DNA of 64,000 nt from Amoebidium appalachense (GCA_963693365.1 CAVNZM010000003.1:12497651-12561650), one strand, 5' to 3'; numbered from the stretch's first letter, positions 40,423 to 58,940 are shown. Numbers and translations: made by a program. Notes: generated from the sequence alone by a model not told the origin.

Positions 40423-41409
40423 GAAGTGACTGAGATCACTTCATATATAGTATACGAGATCCACAAAAAGCTGTCTCACTCTTCTCATGCTCGCGCACGT
40501 GTACGTGGCCCATAACGGCGTGTTGCAGCAAGCTGTCGCGCATCAATCAGCGATGTAGCAGGGAGTACAGAGTATGCTCATAAAGACTATACTACGGTCG
40601 ACCACCATTGTTTAACCTACTGCTTGCAAAGGAGCGCCCGTTGGTAATCGCTCCCAAGGCGCCAAATCGCGACTACCTATCATACTTATGCACGTTTCCG
40701 TATGTAGTTACTGTTGACGTAAGTATGGAGGCCTCTCAATGTCACTCTTGGCTTTCTTTGAACTTCTTCAGGGTGCACGCGTGCTGAATCCGGAGTCTAG
40801 GAACCACCTAAAGGCGGCGTAATGATATAGCAGGCAGAAAAGGAAAGAGGATGAGTACTGCCAGAGCCTAAATCACTAGAAACTTTTTGGACAAAAGTAC
40901 CGTAACGTAAACTTTAGGGCGAGCGCTCACGCCGTCATTGGCCCGTACGCGTCAAGCCTGCAGCTGGCCTTGCAACTTGCAGATCCGAAGGCTTCCGATC
41001 CATGGTTAAGATCCTGCTCGAGTCGAGTATTTTTATTACAACCCATCATTTCATCGGGATGCAACAAATCCACATTCCGCATACTTCACAAACAATGCGG
41101 TCTCCGATGGCGAAAAGTGATCGCGAATTCGTGACCAGTTGAACGTGAGACGTGCGTGAGACGGTGCTAGTATATGTAATGGCCCAAGTATGTGCAATGG
41201 GCCAGAGGATAAAACTGATGTATCTGTTGGTTGGTTGTTGGGGAAAAAAGCCGTGGGGATCCCGGAGCCGAGAAGGGGAAGTGGAGTGCACGCGTAGGAA
41301 ACTAGTTGAGCTCGAGGGAGTTGGCAGGACGTTTTGACTTTCGTTGAGGGAATTTTGAGGGGGGACGCTCAAGGGTTGGGGGGGGGGGGGGGGGGGGGGG
41401 GGAGGGGGG

Positions 41410-41456
<47 letters not shown>

Positions 41457-42024
41457 GAGGGGGACGGGCCGGGGGAAGACAGACTAATAATCCTGATCAG
41501 CAAGTTGGGTGGAGTGTTCACTGCCCAGCTATTATAACTAGTGCTACTTCACTAGTGTTTTTATGATTTCGTATTCTGAAAAAGGGGGGGGGGGGGGGGG
41601 GGGAGGGGGGAGGGGGCAGGGGGGGAGGGGAAGGGGGGGGGGGGGGGGGGGGGAGGGGGAGGGGGCAGGGGAAGGGGGGGGGGGGGAGGGGGGGAGGCAC
41701 GTGGTATTAGAAACTGTAAAAACCAACTTTGTGCCCCCCCCCCCCTCCCCCCCCCCCCCTCCCCCCAAAAAAAAACAGACACACACACACGTCACCACCG
41801 TGCACCACAACCACCACCCACCCCCCTCAACCAAGGGACGTAGGGTGCTCTGGCGGAACCCCCTCCCCCCCCCCCCCCCCCCCGCTCCCTTCTCCCCCTC
41901 TCACCCCCCCCCCCCCCTGCCTTCCTTCCCTCTCTGGGCCACTCCTATACCCTCCCTTCCCCCCCTCCCTTCCCCCCCTCCCCCCCTCCCCCCCCCCCCC
42001 TCCCCCCCCCTCCCCCAGCCCAAC

Positions 42025-42056
<32 letters not shown>

Positions 42057-42313
42057 AACAACTTTGAAAAAAAAAACCGCAACGTGAAGGGTAGTGGGTC
42101 CTAATTGGTCCTGCTTGGGGTCCCCCCCCCTCCCCCCCCTCCTCCCCCCCCCCCCCCCCCCCCCCTCCGGGGCCTGGCCTCGGAGGCCTCCTCACCTAAA
42201 CAGATATCTCTCCCTCCTTCCGTCCTTCCCCCTGGCCCTCACTCTTCCTCCTAAACCACACATCTCTAGCTCTCCCTGCTGCCCCTTAGCCATTCTGGGC
42301 ACTCTGGGCATTC

Positions 42314-42351
<38 letters not shown>

Positions 42352-43277
42352 CCCCTACCCTTCACCACATGTACAACTACAACCACCATATTTCAAACTC
42401 AAAACTTCAAAAAAAAAATCCAAACTCTCGGTTCATTTGCAGCAGATTTCAAAGCACCAGAAATGAGTGAGTGATTGGGTGAGTGAGTGAGCGCACACAG
42501 CCTGGCAGTGAACACACACACATGGCACCCTATCATGAAGCCTTAGGGGATTATTCCAGTTTTGCCCTTCCCTTTATATTAGGGTGTCATGTGTGTGTGT
42601 TCACTGACTGTGTATGACACCAGTCACGGTGTGCTCACTCACTCATTTCTGGCTCTCATCTTCCTGAAAACCTCAGTACTATGCATGCATGGGACCACAC
42701 ACACACAGATCATCATGTGCACACGTACTCAAACCTGCAAACGTGCACACGTACTACAATGTACCCATAGTGTCATACGTATATCGACACACACACACAC
42801 AGTATTAATGGGGCCACTGGGCCACATCAGCAATTCGAAACTACTTCAAGCTGAACTATTATTCTGCAAACAAGTTGAACACATTTCCAGTATAAAAGAA
42901 AAGTTGACATGTTGTTGAAGCAGGCTTATTCAGCAAAGGCAAATTCATAGTCCCCCTCCTTCCCCTCCCTTCCAAAAAAAAAACAAAAAAAAAACCTGAA
43001 TTATACTTCTGCTCACTGAGATTGAAGAAGAAATTCGTTCTTCAATTGTGAAAAGAAAAAGGAGCCACAAGAATAGTAACTAAGATGTTGCCTATTAGAT
43101 TATCGGGCAGACACGATACGTGCGGCACACACGTGCGCGCACACCCACCCCAATCTCCCCCCCGGGGCCCCTTCCCCTCCCCCTCCCCACACTCACACAT
43201 ACACACACCCCGCACACATACATGCGCTCACACACACACACGCGCACGCGCGCGCGCGCAGACAAACAACACACACA

Positions 43278-43338
<61 letters not shown>

Positions 43339-43540
43339 TGCCAGTGTGTGTGTATGTGTGTGTGTTTTTTCAAAGTGTTTGTGTGAGTGAGTGAGTGAGT
43401 GAGTGTGAGTGAGTGTGTGTGCGTGTGTGCGTGTGTGTGTGTGTGTGTGTGGGTGTGTGGGTGGGTGGGTGTGGGTGGGTGTGTGTGTGTTTGTGTGTGA
43501 CGGTGTGTGTGTGACACTGTGTGTGTGTGTGTGTGTTTTG

Positions 43541-43630
<90 letters not shown>

Positions 43631-43693
43631 TGTGGGGGGAGGGGAATGGGTGGTTGGGAGGGGGAGGGGGGGGGGAGAGAGAGAGAGAGAGAA

Positions 43694-43789
<96 letters not shown>

Positions 43790-44980
43790 GGAGTTGGTGT
43801 GGGAGAGGGGAAAAGGGGAGCAGAGGGAGGAAGGGGGGAGGGGGGAGAGAGTGGTATAGAGAAAGAGTCACGGAGAGACATGTTTATGATATTCGTGTGT
43901 GTGTGTGTGTGAACTCAGTGATTGTGTGTGTGTGTGTGTTGCGTGTGTTCTGCCGCAGCTGTAACCTGCACAGCGGTGTGTGTCGTGTGTGTGTGTTACT
44001 GTGTTTGTGTGTGTGTTTGTGTGTTGTGGGGGGGGGGGGGGGGGGGGGGGGGCATGTGCATGCACGTGTGCGTGCGTGCGTCCGTGCGTATGTATCTGTG
44101 TACTCTGTGTGTGCACGTGCGTGTGCGTGTGTGAGCGTATGTTGAACACGGTGTGTTTATGTATACCTGTAATTGTGTGTAGCTGTGAATGCCCTCCTAT
44201 CGATATCTCCCGGACAACCCCCCCCCCCCCCCCCCCCCCCCCCTCGGATACCCTCACCTCGTGCACCGTCCCCGCGCTTAACCTTCCTTTGCACATTCAC
44301 GCATTCACACATGGCGATCATATTCCCGTGGCGTTGATATTGGCGCTTACCTGAAATCATTATAAGCCTTGAAAAACACATCCGTATATATGTGAGTGCA
44401 TATGTATGTACTGTTTCAAAAGTCTTCTCCGCACTGTTTTGGCCAGATAAAGCCGACGCAACCAACTTCGATTGTAGATTCCTAGGAATGTACTACCCGC
44501 TCGCTGTACATGTAGCTACGTCATAACTATAAATAAGCCGGTATAGTATTACTACGCGGCAGGAGCAAAAAAGGTATGTCAGATAGCTCACAGGGAGACA
44601 GAGAAAGCACTCAAAATGACAACCTAGAATAGCGATCATTCCCTGCGCAGGCGTGACGATAAGCTCCGACGATATCGATGTCCTGGGGATGAATGTTTGC
44701 AACGACTCAATATGAAGTGGACATGGATGGACGATGTTACTTCGCATGCAGAGGCGAGGTGCGAAGTACATGCGTAAGAGACAAAAACTAAGGTAGGTGG
44801 CACATATAACGTGAGACTATATGCCACTAAAACCTTTGTAGATGCGCCGCAGTGGGTACATACAGACATACATGCGACATCGAAATGTGATGGGAATATG
44901 AATTCGAACACGGATGAAAGTCGGATGGGGGACGGATGCTCACAGCTTTCGTTGACGAGAACTATGTTTTGGACAAGGAA

Positions 44981-45180
44981 GGACTTCACTTTCTCTTCGA
45001 TCTCTTAGCTGTCACGTCAACTTTTTTTCCCGATCCTTCACCATGGCAGGTATATAAAGGCTTTCGTTTTTTTTTTTTTTTGTGGACTTCACTTTCACTT
45101 CGATCTCTTAGCTGTCACGTCAACTTTTTTCCCCAATTCTTCACCATGGCAGGTATATAAAGGCTTTCGTTTTTTCTTTT
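44981..45180 (+). repeat. ~100-bp direct duplication, each copy containing TATATAAAGG
   Basis: ggacttcacttt..cttcgatctcttagctgtcacgtcaacttttt...cttcaccatggcaggtatataaaggctttcgttttt occurs at ~44981 and ~45084. Confidence 0.85.
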
Positions 45181-46260
45181 TGTGGTGGGAGGGAGTCCCA
45201 TTCAGGGGAACGTGACTGCAGCGTGTGTGGTGTGGCCTGGTGTATTCCTACTGCTGTGAGAGTGTGGGGGCATCTCCCTTTCGCGGAGTTTCTCGCTTGA
45301 GAAGTGGTTTCTTCAACGCCTGGTGGTCCACTGCAACCTATGGTAACTTCTACACGCTGTCTACGCTTCTACGCGACCTATTGGCGGTGGGCTGCTGCAA
45401 CTTCTTCAGCTACTTCTGCGATGCGTGAGTGGAGGGGCGGCTACTTGGTCGTCGGGAAGCTTTCCAAGTGACTGCCAGTCCTTAGCCTCCAGTCGTATGG
45501 CAATAACCGGGTTTGCTTGCATGCATTCTGTAATTGTGTTTTTCTGTGTATCCTGCCACAACTAGGCCACCTTATCAGAGAGCTAGATGCAGTTTCTCCG
45601 GGTTATCTAGGGGCCGGGCCCGTTGGGATTGTTTTTTAGCTCAGATTTGGTCTGCATTGCTCTTTTAGAGGCTGACTTGCTTGCTGTGCCTCGGTAGGTT
45701 TTGAGGGGGGCCTGTTGGGAAGCAGCAGTAATAATGTCTTCTTGCGGAGTGTGGTCTGGTCAACATCGATGCATATGACTAGTTGGAGCAAACTAGTTTC
45801 ACGATTACACGTACACTTACGGTTTTGCCCGCTGGTGTCCTTTGTCACTTGTCGCTTTATTTTTATTTCGAGTCAAAAGAAAAAAAAAAAAGACTGAGGA
45901 CGCCAGGTCCCATTTACATAGTGATGTTTATTGATCTGGGGGGCTTCCGTGTCTGGGGTGACTCGATGTATATCTACGTCACATACAAAACAAAAGGTGT
46001 CGGCCGCAGCTCTGGATTGGCCCAACTGTCTAGATTATTCAAAACTATTCGTAACGTTGATTGGATTAGAAAGCGGTCAAATTCCGGGTTGCCCGGGTTT
46101 GCCTCTCTTAATCGTATTTAGGCAAATTTCGAGCATTTTGAGACCCTTTAGGTTCGTATTCACTAATGGGGTACCCTCTTTTAATCGTATTGCGGGGTTT
46201 TCTAAACCGTATTTTGGGTCAATACGATTCGTAACGCAAACCCTGAATTTGAGTGTGACG

Positions 46261-46737
46261 TTGGGATATTCGGGTTGGTTGTAAGGTTTTCCGGGTCGGG
46301 CCGAAGGCCTTAACGGGCCGCAGGCCCGTCTATTGGGCCATAGGCCCTAGGCTCTAGGCCGCTAGGCCTGGGGCCCGGGGCGCCGGGGACCGGGGGGGCC
46401 CGGCCCGGCCCGCGGGCCACCCCCCCCCCGGCCCGGCCCGCAGGCCCGGGGTTAGCAGATTCTGCTAACCCCGGGCCCGCGGGCCGGGCCGGGGGGGGGG
46501 GTGGCCCGCGGGCCGGGCCGGGCCCCCGGTCCCCGGAATCTGCTAACCCCGGGCCCGCGGGCCGGGCCGGGGGGGGGGGTGGCCCGCGGGCCGGGCCGGG
46601 CCCCCCGGTCCCCGGCGCCCCGGGCCCCAGGCCTAGCGGCCTAGGGCCTAGGGCCTATGGCCCAATAGACGGGCCTGCGGCCCGTTAAGGCCTTCGGCCC
46701 GACCCGGAAAACCTTACAACCAACCCGAATATCCCAA
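46261..46737. repeat. 477-bp GC-rich palindrome / foldback structure
   Basis: 46261-46461 is the reverse complement of 46537-46737 (about 2 mismatches). The spacer 46462-46536 is itself a partial inverted copy of the left arm. No TSD seen. Confidence 0.95.
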
Positions 46738-47251
46738 TATTGCTTCATTCTGATTGGTTGTCACATCACGGGGTTTCCCGATTGTTCTTCGAATGACATT
46801 TTCTTTCACTATCAGACAGTTCTCCAATATTAGAACAGAAAACGGTCTCTACCCAGATGGCCAGATGGCCAGGTCAAATTCAGTGTGTGAAAAAGGTGGA
46901 TAAAACGGGATAAAACGGGAGCCAAAATGATCTGGCCATCTGGCCATGTGGCCATGGAATCTCTATATCTAAAAATAGCTGCCACTGCGCCGGGGCGTGG
47001 TTCCGGGAGGCAGGGGAGCAGGGGAGCAGGGGGGGGCACGTGAGCACTCGCTGGGGCCTGGTTCCGGGAGGCAGGGGAGCAGGGGAGCCACTCAGTGTGT
47101 GGGTGTGCACATGGCCATGGTCACACTGGGGCAGGGGAGCAGGGGAGCAGGGGAGCAGGGGAGCAGGGGAGCAGGGGGGCAGGGGGGCTGGCATGCCACT
47201 CACGGGGAGGATAGTGTATGTTGGCACCATGCGGCTGTGTGGGTGGTTTTT

Positions 47252-47734
47252 TTATTTGGGCTTGTGCTTATGGCAATGGGTCGTAGATTTCACCCTGTTT
47301 TTGCAGGGATTGCCAGCCTTGGTTTTGCCCTGGCAGTACCCATTTTCCCTGCCCACACCCACTGCTGCAGCTGCAACCGGTGGCTGTGGTGCACCCATGG
47401 GTGGATCCGGAGTGGACACAGTCAGCGCGGGTACCCCGGTGCGCTCGGTGCGAGGGCGCTGCATTTCTGCGACTGTAAAGGCGGCCACGAGGTCGTCCAA
47501 CAGGAGGTTTGCATGACCATAGTCCCCGGCCTTGTGGGTGTGGAGGATGTTGATGGTGTTGTCGCTGTAGAGGAGGACACCGGTGGCAGGGGCAAAGCAT
47601 ACCCAGGGCTTGAAGCCGTCCTTGTGGTGTGGGCATGTTTTCTTTTTGTTTTTGCACTGGGCTTTTTTTGAGGGTGCAAATGCAGGGCATCGTTCGGGGT
47701 CAACCGAATCGGGGCGCAAAAGTGCGTCTCCCAT
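47252..47734 (-). CDS. Intronless 160-aa protein with two C-x9/10-C-x6/9-C-x2-H zinc-finger-like motifs
   Basis: CPAFAPSKKAQCKNKKKTCPHH and CQGKTKAGNPCKNRVKSTTHCHKH resemble the CxxxTKxGxxC...CxxH motif common in large-DNA-virus proteins (DUF5763-like; recognised from memory, not searched). Confidence 0.7.
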   Translation of the reverse strand: MGDALLRPDSVDPERCPAFAPSKKAQCKNKKKTCPHHKDGFKPWVCFAPATGVLLYSDNTINILHTHKAGDYGHANLLLDDLVAAFTVAEMQRPRTERTGVPALTVSTPDPPMGAPQPPVAAAAVGVGRENGYCQGKTKAGNPCKNRVKSTTHCHKHKPK

Positions 47735-48038
47735 TTCTAGTGTTTTGTTTTGGTGTGCACTGTTCTTGGATTGGGGTGAAGTGAGACAAAAAGTAAAAGC
47801 GAGTACTTTTTGTTGACTGGTTGATGGCATATCAATCAATCTCTTGGTGCCAAACCACTGACCAATCACATGGGTGTATTCACGAATTCCAATCTAAATT
47901 CGGCATCTGGAGAGAGGGGTACTGGTAAAACACAAGAGCAACACGGCATCAAGAGTTTGTACCACAGGCAAGATCTCAGAGAGGTCACTTTTGGGGTGTA
48001 ACACGTCGGATACTGAAAGTTTTGTGAGGTACACGTAC

Positions 48039-48311
48039 ATGTTCGACAGCACGGTCACCACAGGCATTCTTTATGTGATATCTATATGCAGTGTCGTTGC
48101 AAATATACACTGGTACAATTTAATGAAGTCCGAACCGAATGCTAGAGAGAAAGTGAACAAAATGTATCTGGTGTACGTCAGCGCTGCTATTGTCCTCACA
48201 TGTTTATTGGTTACACCATTGATGTATGCAGTCATATACTATTTCAATAAGAAGACGGGTGCTGCGGAGTACGACACCACTCTGAGACAAACAAGTCACT
48301 CGGACTTTTAA
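48039..48311 (+). CDS. Small two-transmembrane hypothetical protein (90 aa)
   Basis: Intronless ATG-TAA ORF with two hydrophobic segments (GILYVISICSVVA; LVYVSAAIVLTCLLVTPLMYAVIYYF), divergent from the zinc-finger ORF with a CCAAT box between them. Confidence 0.55.
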   Translation: MFDSTVTTGILYVISICSVVANIHWYNLMKSEPNAREKVNKMYLVYVSAAIVLTCLLVTPLMYAVIYYFNKKTGAAEYDTTLRQTSHSDF

Positions 48312-48335
48312 TCCGATTGACGTGTCACCGCGCCA

Positions 48336-48860
48336 GCGCTGCATACAAAAAAGACCCGAAGTGGAGTATACGACAAACCCAGCGCCAGCGCTTCATACCC
48401 AAAGTGGATACAATAAAAAGACAGTTGCTGTGTGTGCAAAGCTGTGTGTGCAAAAAGAGGGGAAATAAGCGCTGCATACAAAAGCCCCGAAGTGGAGTAT
48501 ACGACAAACCCAGCGCCAGCGCTTCATACCCAAAGTGGATACAATAAAAAGACAGTTGCTGTGTGTGCAAAGCTGTGTGTGCAAAAAGAGGGGAAATAAG
48601 CGCTGCATACAAAAGCCCTGAAGTGGAGTATACGACAAACCCAGCGCCAGCGCTTCATACCCAAAGTGGATACAATAAAAAGACAGTTGCTGTGTGTGCA
48701 AAGCTGTGTGTGCAAAAAGAGGGGAAATAAGCGCTGCATACAAAAGCCCCGAAGTGGAGTATACGACAAACCCAGCGCCAGCGCTTCATACCCAAAGTGG
48801 ATACAATAAAAAGACAGTTGCTGTGTGTGCAAAGCTGTGTGTGCAAAAAGAGGGGAAATA
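48336..48860. repeat. Tandem repeat, 131-bp unit x4
   Basis: gcgctgcatacaaaa at 48336, 48469, 48600, 48731; near-identical units. Confidence 0.95.
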
Positions 48861-48863
48861 AAT

Positions 48864-49296
48864 ACTTTAAACGTGCATGCAATATACATCGATAGACTTA
48901 TGAAAGCACACAAACTGTGTGCCACACGGGCATGCATGCACGGGGAGGGAGTGTGGGGTGGGGGGGGAGGGGGGGGGGGGGGGGGGAGACTTTGAACGTG
49001 CATGCAATAGACTTATGAAAGCACACAAACACAGTGTGTGCCACACGGGCATGCATGCACGGGGAGGGAGTGTGGGGTGGGGGGGGAGGGGGGGGGGGGG
49101 GGGAGACTTTGAACGTGCATGCAATAGACTTATGAAAGCACACAAACTGTGTGCCACACGGGCATGCATGCACGGGGAGGGAGTGTGGGGTGGGGGGGAG
49201 GGGGGGGGGGGGGGGGGAGACTTTGAACGTGCATAGACTATGTGCCACACGGGCATGCATGCATGGGGAGGGAGTGTGTGTGTGTGTGGGGTGGGG

Positions 49297-49330
<34 letters not shown>

Positions 49331-49530
49331 GACTTTGAACGTGCATGCAATAGACTTATGAAAGCACACAAACTGTGTGCCACACGGGCATGCATGCATG
49401 GGGAGGGAGTGTGGGGTGGGGGGGGGGGGGGGGGGGGGGGGAGACTTTGAACGTGCATGCAATAGACTTATGAAAGCACACAAACTGTGTGCCACACGGG
49501 CATGCATGCATGGGGAGGGAGTGTGTGTGT

Positions 49531-49578
<48 letters not shown>

Positions 49579-49708
49579 GACTTTGAACGTGCATGCAATA
49601 GACTTATGAAAGCACACAAACTGTGTGCCACACGGGCATGCATGCATGGGGAGGGAGTGTGTGTGTGTGTGTGTGTGGGGGGGGGGGGAGACTTTGAACG
49701 TGCATGCA
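48864..49708. repeat. Tandem repeat, ~110-130-bp unit x7 with variable internal G-run
   Basis: gagactttgaacgtgcatgcaatagacttatgaaagcacacaaactgtgtgccacacgggcatgcatgca.ggggagggagtgtg followed by (G)n, repeated. Confidence 0.95.
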
Positions 49709-50052
49709 AGTGTGTACCAAAAGGGACCTGGACTTCTTTGTATACAATCGATATTTAATCGGTTGAAAACAGCAAAACAAGACTTGTACATATATAATAA
49801 CCACAAGATACTAAACCATCCAGAAGACTTGTACATATATAATAACCACAAGATACTAAACCATCCAGAACCAGAAAAAAAAGATGCCTACATGCTATGA
49901 TCCATAAGATGCTCGTTAACATAAATACAGAAACCGTAAGGTGCTACCAGTATCAACAGTCATATATTAAAATACATCAGCCAGCCCCTGTGGCCATACC
50001 CAGCCCCTGACACATACAACAAAATCAAAACACACCCCTCACCACTCCCAAC

Positions 50053-51328
50053 CTAATCTTCTTCGTCTTCATCACTGTCCCCGTGAATAACCTGTATATC
50101 TGAAACTTGCTTTGCTCGTGTCCTGCCACTGCGGGCAGGGGCTGGTTTCTGACTCGGTTTTGGTTTCTTTGCTCGACCACTTTCTTTCCCTTTCTTCCCC
50201 TCGACCTTCTCGCCCATACCCATCATGTCCTCCAATTCCTCATCTATTGCCGTCTCAAATGACGTCTCTTCCTGGCGGTGCCGTTTGTACACACCGAAAG
50301 AAATATCTGACACCCCTCTCTTTGAACCCTGGGAATATGCAGAGGGGTTCGACATCATGGAGGCACCAAAAGTGTGGGATTGGGTGCTGGTAACGGTGGT
50401 GAGGGACGGATTGAAGGGGGGTACGGGCATGACAGAGGCTAAACCGGGTGGGGGGGAGGGTGAGAATGGGCAGGGGGAGGTTGAGGGGGGTTTTGGGCTG
50501 AGTGGTACCGGGCGGGGGGAGGGTGGGGGTGTTTTTTTGATTGGTCGTACCAGGGGGGGGGAAGGGGGGGGCGAGACCGTGTTGGACGGTAATGTCGGGG
50601 AGGGGCTGGGGGTCATTCCAATCACGAAGTTTCTGTGTGCTCTCGTCGATTGTTCTACGGTATGATTCCCTCATGGTCGCAATGTGTGACTGAAGCTTGG
50701 TAATCTCGGCCCGGTATCTTTCCCCTTCAGTCTGATGCTCCAGGATATCGGCCACCTTTCCAACAAGCTGCCCTTCGAGGTCCCGATTCTTTGCCGATAA
50801 CACCTGTTCCTTTGCATCTGCAAGGTGTTTTTGTTTGGCCGCCGCCGATTTTAGCTCGGCAATTTCCCCCTTAAGGATTTGGATGTCGTGATCCTTCGTT
50901 TGTAATTCTTTCTCTGCGGCTTCCAGCTTCTCCTGCAATTCGGTGGTTGGGGTGGTGACAGCGGGTGCAGTGGCCGCAGTACCGACCTTTGCCAATGCAG
51001 AGGCAATGGCACTGTCTACTTTCGACTGCAACACAGTCTCCAAGTACTCTTCGAACATTTTTGGATCGACGGGAGCAGTGTCGCCGGAGTGTGGGGGGGG
51101 GGGTTGGATGGGGGGGGGGATTTCGCCGCCGGAGTGTGGGGGGGGGTTGGATGGGGGGGGGATTTCGCCGCCGGAGTGTGGGGGGGGGTTGGATGGGGAG
51201 GGGACTTCGCCGCCGGAGTGTGGGGGGGGGTTGGATGGGGGGGGGGCTTGCGTTGTGACGGGGTCGGCGGACTTGCTGATGTTGGTTTCGTATGACCCCG
51301 ACCCGAGAGTTTGCTGGGAATAATCCAT
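50053..51328 (-). CDS. Intronless ~425-aa protein: Pro-rich repeats, coiled coil, basic/acidic tail (one probable homopolymer frameshift near 50485)
   Basis: MDYSQQ...(SNPPPHSGGE)x3...ELQEKLEAAEKELQTKDHDIQILKGEIAELK in one frame. It continues as ...EETSFETAIDEELEDMM...KKPKP...DSDEDEED* in the overlapping frame. Confidence 0.65.
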
Positions 51329-52814
51329 CGTGACAGTTTTCACAAAAAAAAGGATAAACAAAGGGAAAAAAAGAAAGGAAGTCTTACGTTTCTCTGCGCA
51401 AACACAGTCGTGTGCAAACCCAGTCGTGAACAAGGGAAAAAGGAAAAAAAAAACAAGGGAAAAAGGAAAAAAAAAAGAAAGTGCTACGAATACGATTCTC
51501 TGTTGTGAACAAAGGAAAAAGTAAAAAAAAGAGTGTTACGTTTCTCTGCGCAAACACAGTCCTGTGCAAACCCAGTCGTGAACAAGAGAAAAAGAAAAAA
51601 AAAAGAGAGTGTTACGTTTCTCTAGGCAAACACCGTCGTGTGCAAACACAGCCATGAACAAAAGAATCAGAAAAGTAGAAAATGACAGCGCTGTGAACTG
51701 ATATAAAAAAACCGCCATCAATAATTTATGTGAAGCCATTGCGCAAAATACGATCTTATGTTACGAGAATCAAGCATAAGAAAAACAGAACCTTTTGGCG
51801 CTGTTAGTGAATATATCTCTAATCGTGTTTGGTTCACAGGTAAACTGTATAAAAAAGGTGAATATACGAAATAAAAATATAATATACAGGACAAAACGAG
51901 CGCTAGTTTAAAACATCGAAGGATATACGCTTTCACAACATCTTATTCGCGGACCTTTTTACGTGCAAGCGTTTTGATTGGTGCATAGGGGTTGGTTCTT
52001 GCCCCACGTGATTCGCGGCGCTGATGCTCAGGGTATTCTGATTGACCGAAATCGAAGCATCGGATTCAAATTGGGCAAATACAAAACGCTTTCCAACCAA
52101 AATCCCAAGCGCATGGTTGTTTATTTATAGAACCTTATATGTCATAAAACATACAACCCTCTTTTAGGATTTCCCTTATTCCTTGCTCAGTCAAAACGCT
52201 CCAGGGTCGGTGCTGCTATCAGTCACTAAGTAATTTCATTGGCCAGTCATCACGTAAATGCGCCAGCCAACAAAACCAATCGGTGATTGGTGAATAGTGG
52301 TTGGGTCAACGTGATCGGGCACTGGTACTCTAGAAGGCAAGCGCTTATCGGCATTGGTACAATCTAGTTGGTCAATACACCGTGACTCAAGGCTGCAACG
52401 CTTTTCGAAGACCAGATTCACAGGACCCTTTCCAAACAAAATTCCAAGCAAATGTCTGTGTCCGCGTAAAGTATAAATAAACATAAATAAATTATGCTTT
52501 TTTAATATTTATTGCCTATTAGAATAAATCACAATTGTTACTCGCAAAAGGGTCTTGGTTGGGCAGGCTGGCCTTGCTACCCAAACTATTATTAGCCGAT
52601 CTCACTGATTAGCTTATTATCACGTACGCGCCAATCAGTGATTCCATTGGCCAAACTGAACAAAACATTAATTGGCCAGTCATCAAAAACGTGATTTTCT
52701 TGCTTGCTTCAAGCTTTGCGAAATGAGAATATATGTTCAACACTCTCTTTGCGCTCTATATACAACGGAGAAATTACAAGAGTCCATCTTGATTCCCGAA
52801 CGAACAAATATAAC

Positions 52815-53073
52815 CAAGCGCACCACACCAGTTCGTGTTACTTTCGCCCGGCGCTGCTGTTGTACATGTTTCAAACATAACCAAGCGCGCCACACCAATT
52901 CGTGTCACTTTCGCCCAGCGCTGCTGTTGTGCATGTTTCAAACGTAATCAGGCGCACCACATCAGTTCGTGTCACTTTCGCCCAGCGCTGCTGTTGTGCA
53001 TGTTTCAAACATAATCAAGCGCACCACACCAGTTCGTGTCACTTTCGCCCGGCGCTGCTGTTGTACATGTTTC
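52815..53073. repeat. Tandem repeat, ~67-bp unit x4
   Basis: caagcgcaccacaccagttcgtgtcactttcgccc.gcgctgctgttgt.catgtttcaaac repeated. Confidence 0.9.
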
Positions 53074-53373
53074 CATTGTAATTACAAATAGGCTAGATTG
53101 CCAAAAACAGAACGAAAACAACAAAGAAACTTGTTATAATAACCTGTGCACACCGCGCTATCAGTTGTCCCCTTTTTTAGCCAATACAGATACATAGAAT
53201 TTCCTTCATGTTTCCCTGTGCGAGGCACATTTTAGGCTTATGCACACAATCGTAGATTGTTTGGGATACGAAAACAGAGCACACACACAAACGAGTTCTG
53301 CTAAACACAAACATTGTTAGACTGGACACAAAAAACATAGCGCGCGCATGCACGAGCTTTCCTAGGAACGATT

Positions 53374-53473
<100 letters not shown>

Positions 53474-53588
53474 AAGCACGAGCGCTACAACACGGTGGCA
53501 CAAGCACACAGACAGAGCGCTCTCACAGACAGTCTTACAGGCAGAGGGTGCTCACAATTACACACATCACAAAAACACACACAGCAAC

Positions 53589-58250
<4,662 letters not shown>

Positions 58251-58253
<3 letters not shown>

Positions 58254-58540
58254 GGTTTGTGGTGGGTGCGGTGGGGGAAACGCAGTTGTAGTGGTGGCGG
58301 CGGGTAGGCCCCACATTCACATCTTACTTAGGGTTTGTGGTGGGTGCGGTGGGGGAAACGTAGTTGTAGTGGTGGCGGCGGGTAGGCCCCACATTCACAT
58401 CTTACTTAGGGTTTGTGGTGGGTGCGGTGGGGGAAACGTAGTTGTAGTTGTGGCGGCGGGTAGGCCCCACATTCACATCTTACTTAGGGTTTGTGGTGGG
58501 TGCGGTGGGGGAAACGTATTTGTGGTGGTGTGGGCAGTAG
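58251..58540. repeat. 78-bp tandem repeat beginning at the JmjC stop codon
   Basis: tagggtttgtggtgggtgcgg at 58251, 58329, 58407, 58485. Confidence 0.9.
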
Positions 58541-58813
58541 GCACACATCCACATCTATAGGGGTTTGTGATGGGTGTGGTGAAGGAAAGACGTGGTACAA
58601 AGTTTTCATACCAAGTTTTCTGTAATGTTTATTCGAATGTGATCTGCTTCAATCTTATCCAAATTTTCATGTATATTGTATTTGCCCGGTAACAGTACCA
58701 AGTTTCCGTAATGATTATTGAATGTATTTGCCCGTGGTAGCGGGAGAGACTCCATTTAATATACCCCAAGTCTCCTTTTCAATCTGTGTACAAGCACACT
58801 GGCACGTACATTG

Positions 58814-58940
<127 letters not shown>

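Noticed and set aside
46448-46472. Telomeric repeat (GGGTTAG/CTAACCC) at the palindrome axis and TAGGGTT in the 78-bp repeat
   Set aside because: Single units only; no tandem telomeric tract
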